64,000 nt of DNA from Haliotis rufescens (Eukaryota): assembly GCF_023055435.1 (NCBI RefSeq), contig NW_025963813.1, positions 34,348,001 to 34,412,000 of the forward strand, given 5' to 3'. The number at the start of each line of letters is the position of its first letter. Position 1 is the first letter of the stretch. Positions 1-13,742 of this stretch are shown in pieces. The translations under genes and the position numbers were made by a program. Under the pieces are notes generated by a model. It searched no databases and had not been told where the DNA came from. It saw nothing but the letters and a program-made list of their open reading frames with translations.

Positions 1-424
1 GTCTAAAGAGAGCATAATCCGGGTTGCCATGGAAATTCATCTTGACGTCACTTGGCCACATGCCCTGCTCTTCATCCCATCGAAACGGTGGAAACGCATG
101 TTTGGTTTTGGGGATTTGCAGATCGCGGACTTCATACTGTAAAAATTGTGCTGCCATCAATAAGTCCGACTTACTTGGCTGCGCAATGCACGGCACAAGC
201 CCGACTAGGCAGCAAATGTAGACACAAATCTCCCTGACGATCATGGTGGCAGCTCAGTATGATTCACTGAACGTTTTAATGTTGCCAAAGACCAATAACA
301 GCTGTTTCGTGTAGATATTCTTATCTTATCAGCTCGATCGGAGTACATTCACTTTGTAAGTAGGTTTATTAGTAGATTGTACGTGGTGACCTCAGCGGAC
401 ATGGAATATTCATTTTATTTCAAT

Positions 425-1215
425 TGGTTGGGTTTTTTTTTTTGTTGAACGCCGCGCTCAGCAATATTCCAGCTATATGACGGCGGCTGTAGGTAATCGG
501 GTCTGGACCAGACAATCCTGTGATTGATATCATGAGCAGCGATCCTCGCAATGTGGGATCGATGACATGCATCAACCAAGTCAGCGAGCCTGGCCACCTG
601 ATGCCGTTAGTCGCCTTTTACGACAAGCATAGTCGCGTTTCACGGCAAGCATGGGTTGCTTAAGACCTATTCCACCCCGGATCTCATTTTATTTCGAAGG
701 CAGCTTTATAGCACTGTTGTATCTTTGATTTAATTTATTTGCTAAAATAATGAAAATTATATAAAAGGCGACTAACGGGATCGGGTGGTCAGGCTCGCTG
801 AATTGGTTTGATGCATGTCAGCGATCCCAATTGCGTGGATCGATGCTCATGATATTAAGCACTGGGTTGTCTGGTCCAGACTCGATTATTTACATACAGA
901 CCGTCGTCATATAGCTGGAATATTGCTGAATGCGGCGTTAAACATAAAAACAAACAAAACAAATATTACTTGTGCTTGAAAACATTGATGCAGGACCCGT
1001 GAACATCCGAGGTAGAACACATCGTCAGCAACCCATGCTGCATTGCCGTAAAAGGCGACTAACGGGATTGGATGGTCAGGCTCGCTGACTTGGCTGATGT
1101 ATGTCATCGATGCTGATAATGTCAATCACTGGATTGTCTGGTCCAGACTTGGTTATTTAGCCGTCATATAGTTGGAATATTGCTGAGTGCGGCGTTAAAC
1201 AATGAATCAACCAAC
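425..1215. mobile_element. Three copies of SINE family B (one -, two +)
   Basis: Consensus GACCCGTGAAGATCCGGGGTAGAATAGGTCTTCAGCAACCCATGCTTGTCGTAAGAGGCGACTAACGGGATCGGGTGG...GCTGGAATATTGCTGAGTGCGGCGTTAAAC(AAAC)n. Other copies lie near 2950-3090, 5575-5797, 7100-7280(-), 19417-19685, 20891-21157, 22430-22700, 27566-27840, 32910-33180, 47840-48080(-), 49167-49424(-) and 59560-59822(-). Confidence 0.85.
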
Positions 1216-1384
1216 CTCAAACAAGTTATATGTTGTCCGGCTACTACGTGATGACAAACACTAGCCTGCTGACTACAAAACGTCTTCAAAGTCAATGACT
1301 CACCTTGAATGTGAGCCCCATTTCTGGAATCCCGCGCCGTGATATTGCTAAAAGCGGCGTTAAACCATACTCACTCACTTGAAT

Positions 1385-2950
1385 GTGAAGTAGGTTTTCC
1401 CAACTTTAGTAACTTTTTGAATTGGTTGAGGATACTGGTTGACACCCTTGCTGTGACCCCTATGTTTATAGAAATATTCTCTCGCAATGGTAGCTAGGAA
1501 GGAACCTCAAGTGAAGCATATATTGTACTTATTCTGTGTCTTTGTTTTGATGCTGTCAACAACTCTTGAAGCTTCACACCAGCTGCATGACACATACTCC
1601 TAATAGCATCCCAACCTGGCACATGATATGCTGACTGCTGTGTGTTTGGAAAAACAAGGATATTGATCAAGATTTCCCAACTTTCTTCCTCTTGTCTTAG
1701 TCTGTAAGAATGGACAAGGCACCGACACAGTCTCTTGGGATCAGGACTGGAACTAAATGGTTCCCTTTTCCAGCTTGGTATGCAACCATCATTTCACTCA
1801 AGAGCTTTTTTCTCCCTGCTATTGAACTGTTCCGCTATAGAGTCATCGACCCATCTCCAGGCAACTGCATCATCTAAATTTGTAACTTTTAGTCGTGATG
1901 GCTCACCACCCTATCGTGCATTAAACAGAGTAATCCTGCAGCACACAGCATCTCATGATCAGAGTGTGACATATTCATTGCGCCAAATAAATTCATACTC
2001 TGACATCAATCTCTCAATTCTAGTATGAACCCTCTTCTCTTGCTTGTTGATCTGGCATTCTAAGTTTTTCCTGTCTGCTTTTATTGATCGAATAGGCTGC
2101 AACTCCAAATCAAATGTTTTGATTGAAATCTAGCAAATATATTTTTTTTCTATTTCGCTTGATTCGACATCTTCTTCTTCTCCAAATGCACGCAGCATGA
2201 GAAGATTGGCTGATTGTCACAGGAGATAAAACAAGGAATTTTCTAAGCCATACTTGAGCCTCCCTTCCGTGGTGCAGTCACCTCCTCAACTGCTGGCTCC
2301 AAAATGTTAAAGTTTCGAGGACGAAACATGTCCTCCGCTGTCATGGCATTATGTGACTTGCCTCGGAATGCGATGAGTAATCTCGATAAAGTCATCCATC
2401 ACCGATTTTCTAGTTTCCAACGTCTTTTAAATTTTTCTTAATTTTTTTTTAAAGAGAATTCTGCCTATGGCAAATGTATATTGTAGGCTCAGTTTGGCAT
2501 GTTTTGCCGACTTCATCGGAATGAAAATGAAGTGGTGCTTCTTTAGAAAATATATCTTGCTCCTCTGGTGTACTCTCCTCCAAATGCAGTACTTCTACTG
2601 GCATAGAACTTTGGGCAAATGTGCATTCCTTCATGCATGTGTCCTTATGTCTATGGTAGAGACGCCGACTATAGAATCCCTTACACGAGGAGCAGCATAC
2701 AAGATCTTTCTGTCCTTTACTCTCAGCTTCAAATTCTGATTTATCTTCTGCTTTTTGTTAAATTCATAAATCCCACGCTTTCGAAAATTCTCAAATATTG
2801 TATTTCTTACTTTTGAGTTTTGAGGAAATTTCATAGCCTCTGAAACTTCAGGAATGTCCCGATGCTGTTGGGAAATGTGTCTTGACAATTGTGTTTGAGC
2901 AATTTTGCAGAATGTGCATCTGCGTTCTGGCTTCCTGTATATATCCTGAT
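1385..2950 (-). mobile_element. Decayed tyrosine-recombinase (integrase-fold, Crypton-like) element
   Basis: Manual minus-strand translation gives ordered motifs: RRCTFCKIAQTQLSRHISQQH..EV..AMKFPQNSKVRNTIFENFRKRG (about 2930-2770), RITLFNAR*GGEPSRL (about 1940-1890), YQAGKGNHLVPVLIP (about 1781-1737), NILVFPNTQQSAYHVPGWDAIRSMC (about 1665-1590), LTASKQRHRISTIYASL (about 1560-1507) and YFYKHRGHS (about 1477-1450). The order fits the R...K...(H)xxR...GH catalytic layout of tyrosine recombinases. It has many stops and frameshifts. Confidence 0.7.
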
Positions 2951-3099
2951 GCGCATCGATACCAATATTGCGTGGATCGATGCGCATGATATTAATCACT
3001 GGATTGTCTGGTCCAGACTCGATTATTTACAGACCGCCGTCATATAGCTGGAATATTGCTGAGTGCGGCGTTAAACAACAAACAAACAAAGGATACAAA

Positions 3100-3600
3100 A
3101 AAATTATAGATCACCACCACCAAGAGCATCAGTATGTTTTTTGCTTGGAGCATGCGAAATGCTCTAGACTCCATCTGCTGCATTTCCTGGAGAGACTCCG
3201 CCACAGCTTGAGCATTGCAATTTTTTGTTGTCATCATCATCTGCTCAGAAACAGATCTCCTGCTAGTACCCTGGTTCTCCATGAAGACTGGTCTTCTGGA
3301 TCTAGTGGAAGAATTGTTCCAATGATTGATTGAATCAGTTGGATCAAGTGCTTCCACTGATGGAGATTCCATGGCAACCAGATCTGACAAGTGCGTATCT
3401 GTCAAATTTAATCTTTTTCAAAAGGCTGAACCCCATTTCGGCTTCAACAGAAGTTGCAGGTATTGTCAGCATGAGATCCATAAGATGCAGCATGTTGCAG
3501 CACGTGTCTTTGAGAGCTGTGTTCAGCCTCTGCCTGGTCAGGGTACCACTCATCAGAAGGTCCTGGTAACTGCAACCCAAAACTTACTTTTCGTGCTTCC
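3100..3600 (-). mobile_element. hAT-family transposase C-terminal (dimerisation domain) relic
   Basis: ORF 3344-3580 has NMLHLMDLMLTIPATSVEAEMGFSLLKKIKFD, matching the hATC pattern L.IP.SS...ERGFS....IK. After a frameshift it continues HLSDLVAMESPSVEALDPTDSINHW...RRP. Confidence 0.7.
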
Positions 3601-3751
3601 ATTTAACTTGCGAAATATCAATACTGGAGAAGAAGTGAAGAAGTATTTTCTTCTGAAGTACTGAACAGCTTTTAATTGGGACGCACCTGGGCCTACTTTT
3701 CAAAAGGTGCAAGTCGCTTATAACGGGCGCAGAGTGGACAGCCTTAGAACA

Positions 3752-3915
3752 GTGAGTGAGTGAGTATGGTTTTACGCCGCTTTTAGCAATATTCCAGCAA
3801 TATTACGGCGGAGGACACCAGAAATGGGCTTCACACATTGTACCCATGTCGGGAATCGAACCCGGATCTTCGGCGTGACGAGCGAACGCTTTAACCACTA
3901 GGCTACCCGACCGCC
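3752..3915 (-). mobile_element. tRNA-derived SINE family A copy
   Basis: Reverse complement of GGGCGGTCGGGTAGCCTAGTGGTTAAAGCGTTCGCTCGTCACGCCGAAGACCCGGGTTCGATTCCC (Pol III A/B boxes), with an (ACTC)n tail. Confidence 0.9.
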
Positions 3916-4049
3916 ACTCCGTTGGAATATGACAGTTGTTTTGAATATGAAATTGGATCTAAAATATATAGGCCTCGAGATAATAGATCTGGAGATGTTA
4001 ACCTGCGGTTCTTGTCAGTTTCCAATCGGTAAAGTGTTAACTCGGCAGT

Positions 4050-4874
4050 CTGCGGGACGTACACCTTAATCGTGTTACGCAAAGAAGAGCAACGGTTGGC
4101 GATATATCTTTTTGTTTATTAATATTGCTATGTTGCCTGGGAAGTAGCCTTGGTGGTGAGGAAAGTAAAACATCTTTAGTAAGCTCAGATTGTACGACAT
4201 TGCCACAGAATCGTAACAGGACGGGACATGCTAAATAGCTAAAGAACAGTGTGGGTTACCAGGGATGGCAAATATCTGTAAGAATACGTTTCGCTTCTGG
4301 AAATGTAGTACAATGTGCTGTTATGAGACATTTAGGCCTAGTTTATTCTTACCACAGTGGCCGTGTCGGTTGTTGCGTTGATGGGTCGGAGCTTGACGAC
4401 ACGAACAAAAGGTCTTCACTTGTTTCCTCTTCATCACCATACCTTGTCTTGACTTTGAATTTCGGGAAATTGGCTGTGTAGGTTCAAAAGCATATGGCTT
4501 TACAAGTTCTTGCTGGTCTAATGACAATTCTTCGCAATCAGACGATAAGTCGGACTCGCAGGCCATGTTGTTTATCGTAAACGGGTACTTGATATCTTTT
4601 GCGTAATAGTAAAGAGAGCTCCGCGAAAGGGCTCTCGCTGTGAGGAGCCTGTTATGTCATAATCTAAGGGGGATAACTCAAGCCTGTTTGGCTCGGAAAA
4701 CGAAGGCCTCATAACGGCCTAATATTTTCACACTTATTGCGGGTTTCCTACTTTCACTGTGAGAAATATAGATTGTATATTTTCAAACACTTATATTAAC
4801 TAATTCTAAAATTGCATTTTGTTTCAAATAAGAAAGAAAGTGGTTTTTGCGTGTACACTTCCCGGACCCTTTAA
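4050..4874. mobile_element. Possible Kolobok-like DNA transposon remnant
   Basis: Minus-strand fragment MACESDLSSD...VKPYAFEP recalls the N-terminus of Kolobok accessory ORFs. The region ends in ...GGACCCT|TTAA, like a Kolobok terminus plus TTAA target. The other end was not found. Confidence 0.3.
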
Positions 4875-4962
4875 GTGAACTTGCCCTTTAAGAGGTGACC
4901 AAATAGATTCGGTTGACTTGATTGATTGTATGTCACCATGCCCGGCTTCATAACTGATGAAG

Positions 4963-5130
4963 GGGAGGTCGGGTAGCCTAGTGGTTAAAGCGTTCGCTCG
5001 TCACGCCGAAGACCCAGGTTCGATTCCCGACATGGGTACAATGTGTGAAACCCATTTCTGGTGTCCCCCGCCGTGATATTGCTGGAATATTGCAAAAAGC
5101 GGCGTTAAACCATACTCACTCACTCACTCA
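4963..5130 (+). mobile_element. tRNA-derived SINE family A copy with target-site duplication
   Basis: A/B boxes and ACTC tail. TCATAACTGATGA occurs on both flanks. Other copies lie near 19982-20110, 21945-22101(-), 30594-30712(-), 31570-31732(-) and 52800-52965. Confidence 0.9.
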
Positions 5131-8100
5131 TAACTGATGATTGCTCACAATATCAATCAGCGGTTTGTCTGGTCCAGACTTAATTATTTTCTTGCTGCCA
5201 TCACATTGTTTGAACATTGGAGTGCACTGTAAACAACAAGCCTTATACGTGTATCTAAGTCATAGTTCAGTGAACATATTCTGGTATGAGAAATTATGGG
5301 GTAGACTGCAGTATTTGGGCCCCAAAACGAAACGAACGTTTTTACGTATGCCTCCCTTGGTGTACTGATGAATCCGAGAACCTTAAAATATTCTAATATT
5401 TTCCCCCCGAAAACCTGGGAAAAGAATTGTTACCAAAAAAATGAACTCCAATAGTAAATTGATCAGTGGATGTCCTATATAACATTTGCTGTTTTTGTGT
5501 TTAGTTATCCTTTTCAAAGTAGGAAATTGTATGTTTTGAAGCATTCAGTGAAATATATCTTTTCTCTAACTAACATCCGGTGTAGAATAGGTCTTCAGCA
5601 ACCCATGCTTGACGTAAAAGGCGACTATGCTTGTCCTTATAGGCGACTAATGTAATCGGGTGGTCAAACTCGCTGACTTGCGCGGATCGTTGCTCATGAT
5701 GCCAATCACAAGAATGTGTGGTCCAGATTCGATTATTTACAGGCCGCCGTCATATAGCTGTAATATTGCTAAGTGCGGCGTTAAACAACAAACAACCTAT
5801 ACGACATTTCGCCTTTAGTATCAATAATAATGAAAGCCACAAAACCACATTCATAAGAATTCTATGCTAAAAGCAGATTCGAATGTCTGAGTCCGACTCT
5901 TTCATGGTAATGTGTTCATGAACCCCTATGAAATAGTAATGATACCAGGTGTTCGCGAAAATGCGTTCGCGTATCCTGCCCCAACGGTGGCACCCGTAAC
6001 AAACACATGCAAAAGCAAGTCAATTGTTCACCTGAACAAAAAACGGGAACGGGCCATACTCTGACGTGATGAACGTTTACTGCAGAATGACGGTGACTTT
6101 GATCGATCATCCCAGCAATGGTATCGCATAGACTTACCTTTGTAATTGTGAGTCCTGGGGACTAGGTAATGAATTTTGGTGGTCTCAGGAATATAATCGG
6201 ATACCAGCTTAGTGACCACTGTACCAACAGCAAAAAAACAATACAAATTATCTGTGAGGCCTTTTGCTTCTTTCAGAAAGGGATTTTGTTTGAAACGAAA
6301 TCTAATGACTGAGTAAATAAAACTACAAAACCCATTCCATATCTAATAGACATCTCTGCTCAAAGCAGAGTCGATTGTACGATTCCGACTATATCATGAG
6401 CATATGTTTAAGAAGCACTATCAAAAAGTAAAGATACTAGGTGCTCGCGAAAAGGTGGGCGTATCCTGCCCCACCGGTGGCACCCGTCACAAACACATGC
6501 AAAGGCAAGTCAATTGTCCACCTGAAAAAAACATACGGTACAAGCCAAAATAGGGAATTGCACCGGACATTATTTTTGTCACTGATGCGTCAAATTTGGA
6601 AATGTCCCTCTCTAAATAAATCTGACATGGAATATCCGGACATTGATTGCGTTTCTTATCAGAACAGAATCATCATACAAAATCAAACTTACAGTTTCCA
6701 TTCAATCATTCCAACATCCACCCCCTCCCCCCGTGTATCCAATGGATATTATATTTGCGTCCATTCATATTCGTAATGCGTACAGGGCGCAATATTTACT
6801 GTTTATAATCCCAGGGCGCAATATTTACTGTTTATAATCCCAGTATCGGTGTCTCTGCATATTGTTTTGTTGTATTGAAACTTCTGTTAATAAGTTTGGC
6901 ATTTTCGTGTTCATTTTGTTTGTAAATAATTTCATTATTTTATTAAATATTCAAGCAAAAACAGGTGAGCTCCAGAGCTTTGTGCATGTGGCAGTATATT
7001 TATACCTGTATATATCATTATAAAACTTATTATAAATCCTAGCTCCTTTCCGTAACTTCAGCTTGTTTAATGGGCTTCACACATTGTACCCATGTGGGTT
7101 TGTTTATTTGTTTGTTGTTTAACACTTAGCATTCAACAATAATCCAGCTATGTGACGCCAGTATGTAAATAATCTGATCTGGACCAAACATTGCAGTGAT
7201 TGACATCATGAGCATCGATCTACGCAACTGGGATACAATAACAATTCATCAAACAAGTCAGACCTATTTTAACCCGGATCTTCCGTGTGCGGAATCGAAC
7301 CTGGGCCTATGGCGCGACGTGCAAACTCTGTAACTACCTCAAGGCTACGTCAGCGAAAGCGACCCCCCCCCTAATTATATGAGCTTGATGATTATGGGTC
7401 GTTTTAATTGTTTCCGCAGACAATATCGTTTTTACCTAAAAGACTGAAGCATAATTATTCTTTTCAAGCATTTTCTGGGAAAATTATAACTTCTTTGATA
7501 AAATCCCAGTTTGCTCATTGTTATCAAACCCATATATCGTACAAACTAATGCAACAATCAAAAAACGATATCGAGTCAACTTATCAACGACAATTTTCAA
7601 GCTGGGTCGTCCAGAAACACGGTTTCAAAGAGTAAGCGCTTGCTGTGCCACGTAGTTGCTGCACAGCTGTGTTGCATTCCAAATATATACTGAGGAGCAA
7701 AGGAAACTACATGTACATCTCAGTGGATTTTAGCATATCTTTGATTTTCAATTAAAAATATCTTAAGTTAGCGATATCATACCCAAAAAAGATTATATTA
7801 TTCGGTGGCTTTGTCAGCACTTACAAAATACCCCAACATGGCTTTATTGTTTAACATATGATTTGATTCATATAAATGAAAAAAATCAAGTCGCATAATA
7901 CACAACTGTTGATGGGTATCTAAGATATCTTATCTTGAAAATTTAAAAAATTGCTCTTTTCGGCATATATTTATAACATTTCAAACACGTTAGGGGTCAT
8001 GTGGTTGCAAGTTCATTTCCTACCCCAGTCTGCATTGAACCAATATATGTTTAAACAAATTTCCCAGCTCCAGATTACATTTCACAAACTGTTGCATGAA

Positions 8101-8299
8101 TGAGTGATGGTTAAATAGACATAATCAAATTTAACAACAGTTGTTTCAATTTTCCATTACATAAAAAAACAACTCGGTATTCTTTCCTTTGACCTTCAGT
8201 TAATATCTTTGATCAAAATGTGGAACTAATAAAATCGAAGCCATATTACGGAGAGGGGCGTCAAAATCGGGAGGGGAGTCGACGCTTTAACCTCGCTCG

Positions 8300-8735
8300 A
8301 CAAACCCCACGGCCAATGGCTTAGTCGGTTAAGATTATTTATATAAACAAATGTCAAATCAGGTCAGAAGTGTTGTACATTTCACGCAGGTGTTCACCAG
8401 AATAGCCACGTGATGTCATGGTGACGAGGTTAGCCAATCGGGAAACACTTCCGTTGCACGAGGTTTTCATGCGTGTAAACCAGACTCCTTGGATCGAAGC
8501 AGACGACGCTTACTTTATCAAATGTACCGGTGCATGTTAAATTAATTTCACAAGCTGTTTAAAAATTAATTTAAAATCGAGATTACAATGGGCAATTTCT
8601 CATGTTTATATTATTCACGCGCTACGGTGAGTGCTGTTTTTAAACTTTGGTATGTCATTTGCATTATGAAGACTTTCCTGCCCTGTCGTATGTTTTCACT
8701 CTGGAGAGGACGTTGAACAAAACGACAAGGTAAGT
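8300..8735 (+). promoter_or_regulatory. Putative promoter and first non-coding exon (possibly of the downstream sulfotransferase gene)
   Basis: Locally CpG-richer DNA with CCAAT boxes (about 8313 and 8435), E-box CACGTG (about 8408), ETS-like CACTTCCG (about 8447) and a strong donor AAG|GTAAGT at 8729/8730. Linkage to the gene at 26 kb is not shown. Confidence 0.35.
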
Positions 8736-9602
8736 GCAGCAATGTGTAATTTCGAAATCTGTTGGTGAATATATAATTATGTAAAAGTATAATTGCCGCG
8801 GCTGTAACGATTCACAGATGATGTGATGTTATATTCGATACAAAACAGCACATGCCATAGGCACCAGGCCCGTTTGAGTTTCTCCGTGTGTGTGTGTTTG
8901 TGTATGTGGTGGTTGGGCGGTGGTTTTGTGCCATGTCGTCAATGAATTTAAAGCATATTACAGAGCTCCAGATAAGCTTTTGGTGTTGTGGGTATTTTAC
9001 CCATTCATTTTAAAATCGTTGGGTATCAGTAATTCTATCTGGGTATTCAAATTTCTGTTTCCCACTAGTTTTTACACATGTGGGTATTTAAGTTAAATAT
9101 TTTAAAACACAATTCATCTAGTCCCTGCAAACTGGTGTCGTGTGGGTCCGAGAGCTCTATAGGACTCAAACATACCACAATACTTCCACAAGAAAGTGTG
9201 ATGGCAAATGATAATGATGTAACTGTCATCGTGGAGTTTGGCAAGGTTGGCGGAATGCCTGTTTATAATTTCAAAATAAGTTGCTGATTTGTTAATCGAA
9301 TACGCAGGGTTACTTCACAATATTTTGATGATGCGCACAAGTTTTATTTTTGTAGCGTATCTGTAATGTTCGTTGCGTATTTGATACGCTTGGATTTTAT
9401 TTTACTGCGTATTTTACGCAGATATGCAGCTTATGTGTATCTCTGAATATTATTAAGGTAAGCAAACAGCATGTACATAAAAACTATTGATTTTAAATTC
9501 GGGTTTGCAGCAAATACTCCCGATGTATGCAAATGTACTGGCCTATATGTGGAGGCGTTGTACAATATTCTCCTTGTGAATATTCGTTGAAAGGAATAAT
9601 TC

Positions 9603-9607
9603 GTTGC

Positions 9608-9645
<38 letters not shown>
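9603..9645. repeat. (GT)n microsatellite
   Basis: Direct dinucleotide run. Confidence 0.95.
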
Positions 9646-9647
<2 letters not shown>

Positions 9648-10304
9648 TTAGTACTATTACCACGGGCCTGTGTACGTACACGTTGGGAAAACTGTTGTTA
9701 ATTTTATCTGATAGATATACAAGAGAGTTACAGCCACTATGAGCTCAACTGACATCCTAGTTCCGTATTTGTCATGCTATCACTGATGATCCAAAATGCG
9801 AAGTAAACTGTATCCGAAACTAGGATTTTCAATACATTGATCTTACCTTAAACTGACAAATGATATTCGACTTGTCCGAACCGATGGATTTTAGAAATGG
9901 TATATTAACGCGGCATAATTGTTTTGAATCTGTTTTCTGTTGTTTACATAACTGGTGTTTTATGACCGCCGTCATATAGCTGGAATATTGCCGAGTGCGG
10001 CGTTAAACAAACAAACGAACAAATCTGTGAAACCCATCATTGGTCTTCCCGTGGTAATGCGGCTGAAATATAATGAGAATTGGGTTAGTTGAAAACACCA
10101 ACGACATAGGTGTAAGAACCTAAATGACCCTTTTAACCATTCACTGAAGCTCTATCATGTCCAGCTCCGCTATGTCGCTATATGGCTGAAATAATGCCGA
10201 TGCGACGTGAAATTTTAACTCACTCACTATGACAGGTGTAATAACATCAATGCATGCTGTTTACTTTGTGAAACCTGCAAACTGTTGGTTTACTGTCAAT
10301 AAAA

Positions 10305-11143
10305 AACTTGGCGGGGGATATAGAAATGGGTTCCGTCCGTGTGTGCGTGCGTGTGTATGTGCGTGTGTGTGTGCGAGTGTGTGTGCGTGTGCGTCTCGAA
10401 ATCGTTTCCGGAGCATAACTCAGAAACCGTTAAATATTTCTCTACGAAACTTTGCATGTCTTCTAGGCACATGCTGAACTGGTGCCTTTTGCTATTTATG
10501 AATTTTATAAATTTTTATTTTTTACGTTTCCATTGCAACAAGTTGGACTGGTTCTATAGGGTAGAGTTTGTTTCCGGAGCATAACTCAAAACCCATTCAA
10601 TACTTTCCAACCAAAACTGTGCATGTTTACCAGACAAATACATGCTTTTTAGGAATTTTAGAATTAATTATTTTTCACGTTTCCATTGCAATAGGTTGGA
10701 CTTAGGTTCTACAGGGGTTGTGTTCGTTTCCAGAGTGTAACTCAAAAACCGTTAAATACTTTCTTACAAAACTTTGCATGTCTACCAGGCACATACTGAA
10801 TTGCCGCCTTTTGATATATACCACTTTTAGAAATTTTTATTGTTTATGTTTCCATGACAACAAGTTGGATTTAAGTTTTAATATAGGATTGGTTTACCTA
10901 AGTAGTATAACAAATAAACTGTTGAATATTTCCTTGTCAAACATTGCATGTCTATATATAAAGCGCATACTGAACTAGTGCCATTTGATATTCAGGAGTT
11001 TTAGAAATGTTTATTTTAGAATTTCCATTGCAGCTATTTTGACATGGGCTAAGAGAAATGTTGGATCAGTTACCTGGTTTGGGACCATAACGTGTTAAAG
11101 TGGGCGGGGGATATAGATGTCTTTGTCAACTATACGCTTGTTG
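10305..11143 (+). mobile_element. Non-autonomous Helentron-associated (HINE/DINE-like) repeat with internal tandem subunits
   Basis: GGCGGGGGATATAGA occurs at both ends. A GTCC/GTGC microsatellite lies near the 5' end, followed by repeated subunits of about 160 bp (GTTTCCGGAGCATAACTCAAAAACCGTTAAATA). This architecture is typical of mollusc HINEs. Confidence 0.6.
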
Positions 11144-13159
11144 CAAAATAAACGAGTTTAGCTCAACCGATTCAGCAGTCTTACTCCGACGAGGGTAGTC
11201 GTTTGGTCCGCTGTAAGCAGCCGCAAATTTAGTACCAGTGCCTGAATAGGTTAAGTGTCACGTTTTTCTCCGGCATTATATTTTTATCAACAAATGTTCA
11301 CAAGGTGAGACATTGCTAAACCCTAAATCTACATACATACAAAGATTTTAGAAACCGAATTTAGATTCAATATAATTTTATATATTTATGTATAGATATA
11401 ATAATATAATTTTCAGTTTTGTCTTTTGACTAGAAAATTGTATGTTTTGGGTTGGCACCATACCCGTACTCGTAGGTTTCACCAAAGTGATAAAAGTCGA
11501 ATACTGCATCGCTTCGGACTTTTCTCCCACATAAGCAGACACATTGTGATATGAATGGAATGCTATTCCATGCAGCTCACTCACTCACTTAACAATGCCT
11601 ACTTAAAGTCATATACACACCATGGTCTAGATTTTCGAAACGATCTTAGCCTAGATTAATCATAACAACTTACCTTCAATGTTACGATATCCTAAGATCT
11701 GAAAAGTGTAGGCTGTGAGAGAATTGCGCCCACGCGGCGCTGGAGCTACCTCCGGCTATAACATTACGCAGAAATGTAGAATATTAATTTCCTGTCTGAT
11801 GGTTTAAATTAAAATGCAAGTATTAAATCGGTTTGAAAACAGTGCTAACTGTTGTCCGATAATTTATTCTGCGTTGAAAAACAACAAATTTCGCCGCTTT
11901 TTATCGTACACCGATAAAAATACTGTGCGACGATTGTTTTAATTTAGCTGTTTTACAGAAACTGAGCGAACAAAATATTGACTTATTTCTGAACGACATA
12001 ACTATATATCAAATGGATTTATATGCTTATGTATAACGTTATACATACAATACAAAAAATAGCCTGCCGTAAATGACGAAAACTGTTTTTTTTTCTATGA
12101 CGTCAAAAGACGACAGAGAGTTTACACATGTACAAAAACAAGGGGGCACTCTGCTATACTTAGCACTAGTTTAATTTATTGAAACTCAGGTCACTTAGTA
12201 AAAATTAGCTGTGGATAAGGACAATATATACACGGGGAAGTAAACTATTCCAACACAAATATAGATAGTGAAACTGTATACGTTTATGTATAAACGAACC
12301 CACAAGAAGTAATGATATCGTACTTCATAACAGAAGAAGTAATAGCAAAAAAGATGGCCCTATCTAACCCATGAATTAGTCCTTAGATTCCAACATTCTC
12401 CTGATTGTGGAACGCTAGCCATTGCTTCAATTGTAATGAATTAATATTAAAACAATTTACACCGTTCTATTTGACGTCATGGCTGTTTTTATGGCATTGA
12501 CAATATCGGAGAAGAATGACACTGGTATTTTGATTAATATATATCTCCCCTAATTTTCGGTCATGGTATGGAAAATCTCAATGTGTAAAACAGAGTTTTT
12601 AAAAATTTTTTTGACACAATATAAACTGGCTTCTTTTGCAATGTAAATAATGTCTTGAATATATAAACAATAAGATAGTTTACCGTGTATCTTAATTGGC
12701 CAAGACACGCACCTGTTTTGTATCAGTTTTACGTAATCAAGTACGAATATTTCAAAACAACCAAAATTATATTCAATATTGGACATGTATTTATTCATTA
12801 TTATGTGATTTTTTTCTCTTCATGTCATCTCAGAATCAGATAAAAGATGCGAAGAAAGTCCCTTTGGTTTAGAATTATCAGGATAATCGTACAAGGCTCG
12901 ACCAACGTGGTACATGACAAGGTATATATTTTTTTATACTTTTCACAATTCTTGGAGAAATAAAGTAAACAGTTCAATATCCTGTGAGCACAGTATTTAA
13001 AAAAGGGTGAAGGTAATATAATCAGTTATAGTTTGAAAATAAAACGGCTATTCATTTACCTGTTTGATATAAAATTACAATATTGACTATTACACTCCAA
13101 AGAAATACGTACATGTTGCAGTACAATTACATTTCATCGCCTAATATAACACATCAGAA

Positions 13160-13742
13160 AGATGACATGTCCCCCCCCCCCCCCCCCCCCCCCCCCGGCA
13201 GCTCTCTGTAAAGTAACCACAATTAAATGTGCAATTCCGTATCTAATGAGTCAACAGTTGAATGTTCTTTAAGAAGCATACATTGTTTACCCACTGAATG
13301 GTTTTCAATTTCTGGCCCGGAAACGAACCCGTTCCCCAATGGAGTCTAGGTCCAATTTCTTTCCATTAAAATTGTCAAAAAATATAGATTCGTAAAAAAA
13401 AAATATATAAAAAGGCACCGCTTAAGTATGTGCCTGAAAGATTTGCCAAGTGTCGATCAAATACACTGAATGGTTTTCGAAATCTGCCCCGGAAACGAAC
13501 CCCATCCCCAATTGAGTCTATGTCCAACGTCATTCTATACAAATTTAACCAAATAAAAATTAGAAAAATCCCCAAATATCAAAAGGCACCACTTCAGATG
13601 TGCCTGATAGATTTGCCAAGTTTCGATCAAATACACTGAAAGGTTTTGGAATTCTGCCCCGGAAAAGGAAATGACAGACGGACGGACAGACAGACTGGCT
13701 GATCGCTATATCCCCCCGCATTATATGCCGGGGGATAAAAAT
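13160..13742 (-). mobile_element. Second HINE-like non-autonomous repeat
   Basis: Internal subrepeats (ACACTGAATGGTTTT...TCTGCCCCGGAAACGAACCC), a GACG/GACA microsatellite and the terminal stem-loop TATCCCCCCGCA...TGCCGGGGGATA. Confidence 0.55.

Noticed and set aside
4963-5035. tRNA-like sequences (also at 25585, 33465, 40806, 52800, 55621)
   Set aside because: These are SINE heads. Each continues into a shared body and simple-repeat tail, often with TSDs, and lacks a clean acceptor stem.
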